Below are positions 39,781 through 48,199 of a stretch of 64,000 bases of DNA, piece after piece (positions within the stretch are counted from its first letter, which is position 1; each line of letters begins with the position of its first letter). Position numbers and translations under genes: made by a program. The stretch is from NCBI GenBank assembly GCA_963677895.2, contig CAXXGJ010000018.1, forward strand, positions 384,001-448,000, written 5' to 3'. This DNA comes from Treponemataceae bacterium. Lineage in GTDB: Bacteria > Spirochaetota > Spirochaetia > Treponematales > Rectinemataceae. The notes beneath the pieces are model-generated. The model searched no databases. It saw only the letters and a program-made list of their open reading frames with translations, and was not told where the DNA came from.

Positions 39781-40920
39781 TTAAAGATTCTGATGATAAT
39801 ATGGTGCTAACCGTAGAACACCATTTGAAAGTAGTTCTCGCCCTTTAGCAAAGACAGTATGAACTTCTATAGATGAATCTAGTAATATTAAATCTGCACA
39901 GCTACCAGTGGCGAGAATTCCCTTTTGAGGATAGATCATTAATCCACGTGCTACATTTTCTGTAACGAGGGCAAGTGCGTCTTCGAGTGGCACTTTTTGC
40001 TTTAGAACCAATAACCGTATGGTCTGGAGGAGTGATGATATCTTACCCTTAAACATGCCGACCAACTCAGAACGATTGTTCCATACTGGAAGACTTCCAT
40101 TTGCGTCCGTACTCAATGTGACCAATTTAGGATCGACATTTTCGAGTGCTTGCTTGATCAATGCCGCAGTCGCCTCGAAGTCATGTCCTGTGGAAAAATC
40201 GATGTAGCCGCCCAACGCAGCAAATTCAAAAGCATCCTTTAACTGGTTGCCCACATGCGTCGGTTTAAACTGGCTTATCGGCATATCGGTGTTCGTAACT
40301 ATATCAAAGATATCCTTTAAGCCCCTTTTTTCTTTACCCAAATGTAGGTGGACGAAACCAGGCTTGTTGGATAACAGCCCGCCTATGCGTGCTTGCGAAG
40401 CGATGCGTAGAATTTCATCACGGCTTGGGTAAGAGGAGCGGTGATCCGAGATGGCTAATTTGACCCCAATCACCTCGCTGATATAAACGATATCATCCCG
40501 AACGCTTCCAGTGATTGTGGGAGAGGGATAGGCGTAAGAACCAGTTAGGCAGTAAGCCGTAATGCCTGCCGCATTTAGCGCCTTGGCATACGCGACCAGA
40601 GAGTGTACATCCTTCGTTGTAGAATCAGTTCCTAATAACCCTACTACTGTAGTGACTCCAGCTTCGATGCAGTCGCCTATAGGAAGTGGATCTATGCGGC
40701 TGATGAATCCGCTCTCCCCGCCGCCACCAATGATGTGTACATGCTGGTCGATTAAACCGGGTATAGCAATAAGGCCATCCGCATCTACAATCTCAAGTAG
40801 AGGAGAATTACATTCAATAGAGGGTTCAATTGCTGCAATCTTATCGCCGCATATCAATATATCATTTTTACCCTTTCTTTGCGGAGCGTATACTTCTACA
40901 TTTCTTATTAGCTTAAGCAT
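39781..40920 (-). CDS. iadA: Isoaspartyl (beta-aspartyl) dipeptidase
   Basis: DQHVHIIGGGGE, GVTTVVGLLGTD, GVKLAISDHRSS, PTH, STDANGSLP. Confidence 0.9.
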   Translation of the reverse strand: MLKLIRNVEVYAPQRKGKNDILICGDKIAAIEPSIECNSPLLEIVDADGLIAIPGLIDQHVHIIGGGGESGFISRIDPLPIGDCIEAGVTTVVGLLGTDSTTKDVHSLVAYAKALNAAGITAYCLTGSYAYPSPTITGSVRDDIVYISEVIGVKLAISDHRSSYPSRDEILRIASQARIGGLLSNKPGFVHLHLGKEKRGLKDIFDIVTNTDMPISQFKPTHVGNQLKDAFEFAALGGYIDFSTGHDFEATAALIKQALENVDPKLVTLSTDANGSLPVWNNRSELVGMFKGKISSLLQTIRLLVLKQKVPLEDALALVTENVARGLMIYPQKGILATGSCADLILLDSSIEVHTVFAKGRELLSNGVLRLAPYYHQNL

Positions 40921-41106
40921 TTAATTCCTTATCTCCATGTTGATTCATTTCATTTCAAGATGGAGTATTATGAGTCAGTAATGAAATATTCTAATGGCCA
41001 TAGTGTATGTGGTAACATGAGTTTTTTCAAAAGTAAAGCAATATTTGTAGTAAAAAGTATAATATTTATGATAAACTATGTTATATAGTATATTTTGGAG
41101 GTTAAC

Positions 41107-41970
41107 ATGGACATTCTTTCTGATATCAAGGCTAGTTACCCTACACTAAGCAATACACAGATGCGGATTGCTATATATATTACATCCAATCCTGAAACAG
41201 CTTGCTTTTTATCCTTGAAAGAGTTGGCCGAAACTTTACATATCACACAGGTTACAATTGTTAGCTTTGTAAAGAAGCTTGGGTATAAGAGCTTTGTCGA
41301 TTTTAAAAAAGAGCTACAGGCTCATATTCGTAAATGGCTTTCCCCAAACGATCGAGTGAAACAGGCAGTTTCAGGTATTTCAGATGAACATAATGTTATA
41401 GAGAAAGTAATTGCAAAAGAAACCGAATCTCTACAACAGACTTTTGCTGCTATAAGTCCTGCAGAAATACATAAAGCTGCCCTTCTACTCCGTAATGCAA
41501 AGAACATCTTTATAATCGGACATGGAATTTCCGAACCGATAGCCCTATTTACAGAACAGCGACTTCAGCAGCTTGGCATTATGGTTGAACTCTTAGATAT
41601 TTTAGATCTGGATCTTATGGCGTATTGGCTTGATAAAGCCGATAAAGATTCTGTATTCATTGTGATATCTTTTCCGGTGTATTACAAAGGAACGGTTGCG
41701 GTGACCAATTACCTGGTATCAAAAGGGATAAAACACATTGCCATTTCCGATCGCTTCTCCTCTCCTATTGCGGAGAATGCCGATGTTGCGCTCGTCTGTA
41801 ATAATGATGATGCCATTTTCTACAATTCAATTACCGCAGCGATTTCATTGGTTAACCTTATTTGCTCAGTATTAGCTTTAGAGATACGAGACTGTTTTGA
41901 TCAGTATCAGAAAGATATTTTGCATATCCTAAGCTGTATAAAATCAGAGCATGTAACAAATTTTGTGTAA
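41107..41970 (+). CDS. MurR/RpiR-family regulator (last codons supplied by IS256 end)
   Basis: HTH VTIVSFVKKLGYKSF plus SIS domain. The stop codon lies inside the IS256 left inverted repeat. Confidence 0.88.
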   Translation: MDILSDIKASYPTLSNTQMRIAIYITSNPETACFLSLKELAETLHITQVTIVSFVKKLGYKSFVDFKKELQAHIRKWLSPNDRVKQAVSGISDEHNVIEKVIAKETESLQQTFAAISPAEIHKAALLLRNAKNIFIIGHGISEPIALFTEQRLQQLGIMVELLDILDLDLMAYWLDKADKDSVFIVISFPVYYKGTVAVTNYLVSKGIKHIAISDRFSSPIAENADVALVCNNDDAIFYNSITAAISLVNLICSVLALEIRDCFDQYQKDILHILSCIKSEHVTNFV

Positions 41971-43243
41971 ACGGCTATACTACGCAAAGGAGCGAGTATG
42001 GCCATTTCAAAGGAAGTCCTGGACGAGCTTCTGAAGGACTACAAAGGGCCTGACGACATTACAGGTCCGGAAGGGCTGGTAAAACAGCTTACCAAAGCCC
42101 TGATAGAACGCACCATGGACGCCGAGATGGCCGACCACCTTGGCTACGAAAAGAACGATCAGGCGGAAAAAGAAACGTCAAATAGGCGGAACGGCAAGAC
42201 AAAGAAAACCCTGCGATCCGACCAGGGGCCGCTCGAAATCGATGATCCGCGCGACCGGGAAGGCGACTTCGAGCCGGCGATCGTCCCCAAACACCAGCGT
42301 GAATTCAAGGGCTTCGACGATAAGATCCTGTCCATGTATGCCCGAGGGATGACAACCCGGGAGATCGCCGGACACCTGAAAGAGATCTACGGCACCGATG
42401 TATCGCCAGAGCTCATAAGCCGAGCGACCGATTCGGTAAAGGAGCTGCTCGAGGATTGGCGAAACCGAACCCTGGAGCCATTCTACCCGATCTTGTTTCT
42501 GGACGCCTTGGTGATCAACGTCAGGGAAGACGGTAAGGTAGCCAAGAAATCGATCTATATGGCCCTGGCGATCAATCAGGAAGGCCACAAGGAGCTTCTG
42601 GGGCTCTGGATTGATCAGTCTGAAGGAGCCAAGTTCTGGCTAAGAATCCTGAACGAGCTTAAGAATCGCGGTGTGCAGGATATCTTGCTTACGGCAGTGG
42701 ATGGGCTTTCAGGTTTTCCTGAAGCCATCGTTACGGTGTTCCCCAAAACCGAAGTGCAATTGTGCATTGTCCACATGGTCAGGAACTCTCTGAAGTTCGT
42801 GCCGTTCAAGGACCGGAAAGCGATCGCCAACGATCTGAAAAAGATCTATTCGGCGCCTTCAGAAGAAGTGGCGGTTGAAGAACTCGAGACCTTCTCGGCA
42901 AAGTGGGATGCCCGCTACCCCATGATTTCCCGGTCATGGAAGTCCAGGTGGGCGGAACTGACGCCGTTCTTCAAGTTCCCCTCGACGATCCGGAAGGTAG
43001 TTTACACGACGAACGCTATTGAGTCATTAAACTTCACGGTACGGAAGATCACGAAGAACCGCCAGTCATTCCCTTCGGCCGATGCAGCCATGAAGCTTTT
43101 GTTTATGGCCTTGCAGAACATCTCGAAAAGGTGGACCATGCCGATACGTGACTGGGGTTCGGCGATGAATCAATTTGCGATTCTCTATGGCGACCGTGTG
43201 CCGCTATGAATCGAGCCGTTTACACAAAAATATTTACAGGCTC
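41947..43243 (+). mobile_element. IS256-family insertion sequence
   Basis: IRL GAGCATGTAACAAATTTTGTGTAAACGGCT; IRR reverse complement GAGCCTGTAAATATTTTTGTGTAAACGGCT. Confidence 0.9.
41998..43209 (+). CDS. IS256 transposase
   Basis: HLGYEK, PRDREG.FEP, MYARGMTTREI, FLDAL, VDGLSG, QLCIVH, YTTNAIESLN. Confidence 0.95.
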   Translation: MAISKEVLDELLKDYKGPDDITGPEGLVKQLTKALIERTMDAEMADHLGYEKNDQAEKETSNRRNGKTKKTLRSDQGPLEIDDPRDREGDFEPAIVPKHQREFKGFDDKILSMYARGMTTREIAGHLKEIYGTDVSPELISRATDSVKELLEDWRNRTLEPFYPILFLDALVINVREDGKVAKKSIYMALAINQEGHKELLGLWIDQSEGAKFWLRILNELKNRGVQDILLTAVDGLSGFPEAIVTVFPKTEVQLCIVHMVRNSLKFVPFKDRKAIANDLKKIYSAPSEEVAVEELETFSAKWDARYPMISRSWKSRWAELTPFFKFPSTIRKVVYTTNAIESLNFTVRKITKNRQSFPSADAAMKLLFMALQNISKRWTMPIRDWGSAMNQFAILYGDRVPL

Positions 43244-43352
43244 CAATTAAAACTATTCGAGTGAATTATCTTCATACCTCGGCAGCTTGCTGCGAGGTTG
43301 TTGATTCACCCTCAATTCAAGATCTAGTAAGATTTCTCAACTTTGTTATATT

Positions 43353-44708
43353 CTACCCTGCTTTTTTGATCTGGTCTCCTTTGTACAAATTCTGAAAAGC
43401 AGTTTTTGTTGCATTCGCTAAATCATTAAAGTCCTGTGCCTTAGCATGATCCGCATAAGCTTGAAATACTTCAGGAGTCTTATGACCTGTCACCAGCATT
43501 ACTTTTCTTGCCTCAATGATATCAGCCATTCTGGATGAGTAGAAATGTCTCCAAGAGTGGAAGCAGATATTCCTCTTTTTCCATTCGGCAAGTGCTTTTT
43601 CTCGTCCCTTTTTCGTTTCTTCGTCATTTTTGGTATTCATGTATCTCATGTCCAAGAACGCATTACGTAAAGCAATAGAGAGAAGTTTACCATCCATTGG
43701 CCTTTCAGGTTTGGTGGAATAGAATATAAAACCATTTCGACCATGTGGGTTTGTTTTTTCAAGTTCCAATAGCTTATCTCGAATATCGGGGAGTAAAGGT
43801 ACTTCACGCGGCTCGTTTGTCTTGGTGCCTTTTAGGCCATCCTTTTCACTCCATGAATGGTTCACAAATAATCGATCCTCTCCAATATCGCACAGCTTGA
43901 TGGCTATTATTTCTCCAGCCCTTAATCCAGTGGTAGAAGCCACCATGTTAGCGGTTTTGCAGCGCTCATCCTTCCAATCCTCAGAAAATATAGCTACAGC
44001 TTCATCAATTTCTAATATACCTCGCTTCTTCTTGACGCCAGAGAAGGGCATGAGGCCTTTAAATGGACTATTTGTAATTATTTCGTTCTCTTTTGCCCAT
44101 TTTAAGGGCACTATTCCTGCCAGCATTATTTTATTGATTGTTGTCGCTGCTAGAGTTTTCTTGGCTAAACCCAGGCTAAAAGTCTTTAGATCGTTTTTTG
44201 TTATCGATTCTAGGCTTCTTCCCTCAAAAAAAGGTTTCCAATGGAAAAGTACCCTTCCTTGCATATCATACGCATGCCGTTTTCCAATTCTTAAGTTGTG
44301 AAGACGTTTGTCTTCTATATATGGTGATTTGTCATAGTCCCAGAAATTTTCAAGCCATATGATGAAATCTGTATTAGGCACCTTCTTTTTTTCTACGCTC
44401 ACATCGATAAGCTTTCGTTCCTTCAAAATCGCTACAATCGTTGCCGCATCCTTCTCGGAGAGAGATGCTTTCCTTATGCCGGCGATCAGATCTTTCACTT
44501 CAAGCATCGTATCGATAGGTTGTGGGGATTTTGTGTCTTGTGTTGGAATACCGTTCTTTAACCAGTCGGTGATCACGAGCATAGCGTCGCGCTCGTTTTT
44601 CTTCTTGGTGTTGATACCGCTGCCGAAAGTTCCTCTACTATTTCGGAATCTTACATAATAAACGCCATTTCGAAGATAGAAGTTGTAGGAAGCCCCGAAT
44701 GTGCTCAT
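43353..44708 (-). CDS. Tyrosine recombinase/integrase (island 1)
   Basis: TTGLRAGEI, GTKT, FHSWRH, GHK...AYADH; adjacent to the tRNA; paralogous to 14910-16229. Confidence 0.92.
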   Translation of the reverse strand: MSTFGASYNFYLRNGVYYVRFRNSRGTFGSGINTKKKNERDAMLVITDWLKNGIPTQDTKSPQPIDTMLEVKDLIAGIRKASLSEKDAATIVAILKERKLIDVSVEKKKVPNTDFIIWLENFWDYDKSPYIEDKRLHNLRIGKRHAYDMQGRVLFHWKPFFEGRSLESITKNDLKTFSLGLAKKTLAATTINKIMLAGIVPLKWAKENEIITNSPFKGLMPFSGVKKKRGILEIDEAVAIFSEDWKDERCKTANMVASTTGLRAGEIIAIKLCDIGEDRLFVNHSWSEKDGLKGTKTNEPREVPLLPDIRDKLLELEKTNPHGRNGFIFYSTKPERPMDGKLLSIALRNAFLDMRYMNTKNDEETKKGREKALAEWKKRNICFHSWRHFYSSRMADIIEARKVMLVTGHKTPEVFQAYADHAKAQDFNDLANATKTAFQNLYKGDQIKKAG

Positions 44709-44727
44709 TGCACCCCCTCGTAGCTAG

Positions 44728-44747
44728 TTTGCTACGGAGTTTGCTAC
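44728..44747 (+). promoter_or_regulatory. Putative integrase arm-type sites (TTTGCTAC x2)
   Basis: TTTGCTAC at 44728 and 44740, matching the pair at 16577/16589. Confidence 0.6.
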
Positions 44748-44762
44748 AGCATGGGTTCGGGA

Positions 44763-44791
44763 TAAGAGTAACCATCGTCTGGTTACTCTTA
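44763..44791 (-). terminator. Perfect 12-bp inverted repeat downstream of tRNA
   Basis: TAAGAGTAACCA-TCGTC-TGGTTACTCTTA between the tRNA 3' end and the integrase start. Confidence 0.55.
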
Positions 44792-44820
44792 CATTTACTG
44801 CTCTCGTAAAGAATTACTTA

Positions 44821-44893
44821 AGCCGAAGCCGGGAATCGAACCCGGTACCTGCGCATTACGAGTGCGCCGCTCTGCCTGGTGAGCTACCTCGGC
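44821..44893 (-). tRNA. tRNA-Thr(CGT)
   Basis: Minus strand GCCGAGGTAGCTCACCAGGCAGAGCGGCGCACTCGTAATGCGCAGGTACCGGGTTCGATTCCCGGCTTCGGCT folds as a cloverleaf with anticodon CGT and T-loop GTTCGATTC. CCA is not encoded. Confidence 0.95.
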
Positions 44894-44976
44894 GATACGT
44901 GCACGAATATATCAGGTTACGAGGTTTTAGATCAAGCGGTTTTCGGGTGAGGAAGAAGCGGTGAGGGGAAAGATTG

Positions 44977-45510
44977 CTATGCCTTGCTGTCTTCGGGCGC
45001 GGCTGTCTGGCTATGGGGCTCGATCGGTTCCGAAAACTTGGGCGGATTGCGATAGACGGTCTTTATGAGATAATAGTAGTCGTCATCTTGGCCATAATAG
45101 CCGGGTATGTGCCCGATCATCTTGTAGCCGGCTTCCAGAAAGGCTTCGGGCTTCAGATTTTCCAGCTTCTTCCCTGAAGTCTCGAGACGGATCACCGCAT
45201 AGGAGTGTCTTTTCAGCAGGTCTTCGTCCAGCATTTCAAGCAGGTGTTTCCCGCCTTCCGTCGACCGATAGTCCCTGTCGACGACAATATAGCGAATGTC
45301 AAAGGTGGATTCCCTTCCGTTTATCCTGCCGATGATGGCAAAAGCGACAAGGGTTTTTCCGTCGCGCAGTTCGAGCACGGTATATGGATCTCCGGGGGAA
45401 CTCTTCCATGAAAGCAGCGTTTCGTGGAGGAGATCGATTTCCACGCCTTTAAAGGCGCCGGTGTAGGAGGCAACCTGCTCAAATTCCTGCATGTTTACAT
45501 AATCAGGCAT
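44977..45510 (-). CDS. GNAT-fold protein
   Basis: TFDIRYIVVDRDYR..GGKHLL, RLETSG, GYKMIGHIPGYY pattern; the acetyl-CoA motif is degenerate. Confidence 0.6.
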   Translation of the reverse strand: MPDYVNMQEFEQVASYTGAFKGVEIDLLHETLLSWKSSPGDPYTVLELRDGKTLVAFAIIGRINGRESTFDIRYIVVDRDYRSTEGGKHLLEMLDEDLLKRHSYAVIRLETSGKKLENLKPEAFLEAGYKMIGHIPGYYGQDDDYYYLIKTVYRNPPKFSEPIEPHSQTAAPEDSKA

Positions 45511-45734
45511 TTTTTTCCCTTGATTCCAAGTATAGAAGTATTTCCTGCCCTAAAGCAAATTTCTTTTCGGATAGAAGATATGAAAATCGCTATCTTTCAC
45601 TTTATTCTATTCAATAGAAAGCATAACGGCTGGAATTAATCAAGGGATATGGGGGATGCAGGGCAGGGGGCGGAAATTTGAGGCAAGGCCATCTGGCTTT
45701 TCGGCTGATGGCCCTGTCTCATTTCAGTAGGTTG

Positions 45735-46751
45735 TCAGCGGATGGATACTCCAAAAAAAGGCTCGATAGAAGCGAATTTTCCGGGCAGTACATCGAAATC
45801 CGCCTCAAAACGAAGGTCGCCGAGCATCAGCGTAAATCTATGCGTCCCGGGAACCACTTTGCCGTAGAGGCTGTCCAGGCGTCTTCCATCCAGGTAGATC
45901 GTCATGTCCTGGAAACCGATAGGTCTTCCCATAAGAGTCGCGAACAGTTCAGGTATCGTGATCTGATAATCCACGAGGTTCGGGGAAAGGGATACCTGCA
46001 TGGTAAGCGGTCCGTTCAGGGAGACTCTGTCGATATAATCGGCATAACCCGGGGCCACGATGCGTATCGTATAGTTCCCCGGCATCCATTCACCGCGGTA
46101 CGGCAGGTTGCCGATGTACGTGGAATCCCTATAGAGGCTTGCTCCGGAAACATTCGTGGCATTGATGTATACGGGAAGCGATATGGGGTTGAGGTTGGCG
46201 CGGATCTGATAGGAGCCGTTAAGCTTGATGGTTCGCGTGTAGTCTTCATACCCGTCGAGTCGGACGGCGACTGAATAGGTGCCGGGGTGCAGGTAGGAAA
46301 CGAATGGGGTGTTCCCCGCATAGGAGCCGTTCAGATAGACTTGCGCTCCCCCCACATTCGATTCTATGGAGAGCTGGTATCTGGGAGCGGGAGGAACGGG
46401 TTGCGGAAATGGCGGCTTCTGCGGCTGCGGAGCGGGAGGCTGGGGTGGGGGTGCGGGAGGCTGCGATGGTCTGCCGCCCAGATTGGCATAAACGGTGATG
46501 GGTGTGTTCCCTACATTGATCGTCGTAGAGAAATCGGAGAATCCGTCTTTTGTCACTTTGATCTTATAGATTCCCGGCGCCACCAAGGTGGAAAAATTCG
46601 GGGATGCGTAGCCCGCCAATTTCTCGTTGAGGTAGACGGCGGCTCCCGCCTGGCTGCTCTGTACATTGAGCGAGGTCTTCGCCTGCGCGAATATCAGGCC
46701 CGGCAGCGCGATAAGGAGCGCGAAAACCGCTAGGAAGATTCTTTTTCTCAT
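45735..46751 (-). CDS. Secreted PEGA-domain protein
   Basis: Signal peptide; repeated S..GA.VYLN..G.TP...PG.Y.V...GY units; Pro/Gln linker. Confidence 0.85.
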   Translation of the reverse strand: MRKRIFLAVFALLIALPGLIFAQAKTSLNVQSSQAGAAVYLNEKLAGYASPNFSTLVAPGIYKIKVTKDGFSDFSTTINVGNTPITVYANLGGRPSQPPAPPPQPPAPQPQKPPFPQPVPPAPRYQLSIESNVGGAQVYLNGSYAGNTPFVSYLHPGTYSVAVRLDGYEDYTRTIKLNGSYQIRANLNPISLPVYINATNVSGASLYRDSTYIGNLPYRGEWMPGNYTIRIVAPGYADYIDRVSLNGPLTMQVSLSPNLVDYQITIPELFATLMGRPIGFQDMTIYLDGRRLDSLYGKVVPGTHRFTLMLGDLRFEADFDVLPGKFASIEPFFGVSIR

Positions 46752-46928
46752 GATTGTTTCCTCTCTTGTATCTAGACAAAAATAACACGCTTCACCTTTC
46801 ACGACAATGCTGGTGGATATTTTGCGTGAATTGGCGGGCACTCTGATATTAAAATAGTCGATCGCGACCTGAATTCAAAGTTTTAGTTCGAACCGGTAAA
46901 ATTATAAAGGATGAAGGTAATTCTATAA

Positions 46929-47030
46929 TTATTTAGCTTTGGGGCCGAACTGTCCATCTTTTGCATCCAGGCCGCAAAAGCGGTCTCTGTTTTTTAAAAT
47001 TATGCATTTTTTGACTATCGCGCGTTTCAT
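46929..47030 (-). CDS. Small protein, 33 aa (MKRAIVKKCIILKNRDRFCGLDAKDGQFGPKAK), not in ORF track
   Basis: Perfect AGGAGG SD (47039-47044) 8 nt upstream of ATG; open frame to TAA. Confidence 0.55.
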   Translation of the reverse strand: MKRAIVKKCIILKNRDRFCGLDAKDGQFGPKAK

Positions 47031-47147
47031 ATAGTGAACCTCCTGTATCGATTATTGTCTTGACGGCAGAGGGAAACCAAGGGATGATGGATTTTAGCAA
47101 AATATGATAATTACTTTGCCAATTTGCCTTTATTGCAGGGGGTAGCC

Positions 47148-48188
47148 ATGTCCATGGGTGATAAATACGGTACGCATAGGGTGATCGAACCGGCGGGAGC
47201 CATGCCCCAAACGGCTTTGCGCCTGGATAACGATATGTCCAAACTTTTCGACAACGAGATCCTGATCGACGTCATGGCGCTCAATATCGATTCGGCCAGC
47301 TTTACCCAGATTGAGCAGGAGGCCGGCGGCGACGAGGAAAAGATAAAATCGATCATTCTCAGTATCGTGGGGACGAGGGGCAAGCAGCAGAATCCTGTCA
47401 CCGGTTCCGGCGGCATGTTGATCGGCACGGTGGCGAAAATCGGGTCTGCCCTGAAGGACAGGGATCTGAAAGTTGGGGATAAGATTGCCAGTCTGGTCTC
47501 TCTTTCCCTCACGCCTTTGAGGATCCAACGCATTATCGCGGTACATAAGGAAATCGACCGCGTGGAAGTCGAGGCTCAGGCTATTCTCTTTGAATCGGGA
47601 ATTTACGCGAAACTACCGGCTGATATGGATGAAGGTTTGGCATTGGCCGCCCTGGACGTCGCGGGCGCTCCGGCCCAGACCGCCAAGCTCGTCAGGCCTG
47701 GGGATTCGGTTCTTGTTCTCGGCGCTGGGGGAAAATCCGGCATGCTTTGCTGTTACGAGGCCATGAAACGCGCGGGGCCGACGGGCAGGGTTGTCGCGAA
47801 TATCCATTCAGAGCGTTCTAAAAAGGTACTCGAAGATCTTCACCTGGCGCACGAGATCGTTCTGGCCGACGCGTCGCGGCCGGTGGAGTTTTTGAAAAAG
47901 GTGCTTCCGGCGAACCACGGCAAGGAATTCGACATCTCCATCAATTGCGTGAATATTCAGGGCGCCGAGATGGCGTCCATTCTTCCCGTGCGCGATGGAG
48001 GCATCGTGTACTTTTTCTCGATGGCGACGAGCTTCACGAGGGCGGCACTCGGCGCCGAGGGTATAGGCAAGGACGTGACTATGATCATCGGGAATGGCTA
48101 CACGAAGGATCATGCCGAGATCACGCTTTGGGAGCTTCGCGAAAATGAGGCGCTCAGGAAGTATTTCGAGGCTCAGTACGTGAAGTGA
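47148..48188 (+). CDS. kdd: L-erythro-3,5-diaminohexanoate dehydrogenase
   Basis: KYGTHRVIEP, LNIDSASF, RGKQQNPVTGSGG, ALDVAGAP, YFFSMATSF..AALGAEG, IGNGYTK. Confidence 0.93.
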   Translation: MSMGDKYGTHRVIEPAGAMPQTALRLDNDMSKLFDNEILIDVMALNIDSASFTQIEQEAGGDEEKIKSIILSIVGTRGKQQNPVTGSGGMLIGTVAKIGSALKDRDLKVGDKIASLVSLSLTPLRIQRIIAVHKEIDRVEVEAQAILFESGIYAKLPADMDEGLALAALDVAGAPAQTAKLVRPGDSVLVLGAGGKSGMLCCYEAMKRAGPTGRVVANIHSERSKKVLEDLHLAHEIVLADASRPVEFLKKVLPANHGKEFDISINCVNIQGAEMASILPVRDGGIVYFFSMATSFTRAALGAEGIGKDVTMIIGNGYTKDHAEITLWELRENEALRKYFEAQYVK

Positions 48189-48199
48189 GGAGGCATCCA

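Larger units (their letters stand above)
16398..44865. mobile_element. Integrative genomic island 1 (~28.4 kb) in tRNA-Thr(CGT)
   Basis: Flanking 45-bp direct repeats; integrase next to the tRNA; visibly more AT-rich than the region right of the tRNA. Confidence 0.88.

Noticed and set aside
16443..44820. Prophage or ICE
   Set aside because: No capsid, terminase, tail, T4SS or relaxase motifs in any ORF.
46390..46475. G-rich repetitive tract
   Set aside because: Explained by the Pro/Gln linker codons of the PEGA protein on the minus strand.
46850..47147. Lysine riboswitch or Lys-leader attenuator for kdd
   Set aside because: No recognisable L-box motifs. The Lys-rich small ORF is on the opposite strand, so it cannot attenuate kdd in the classical way.
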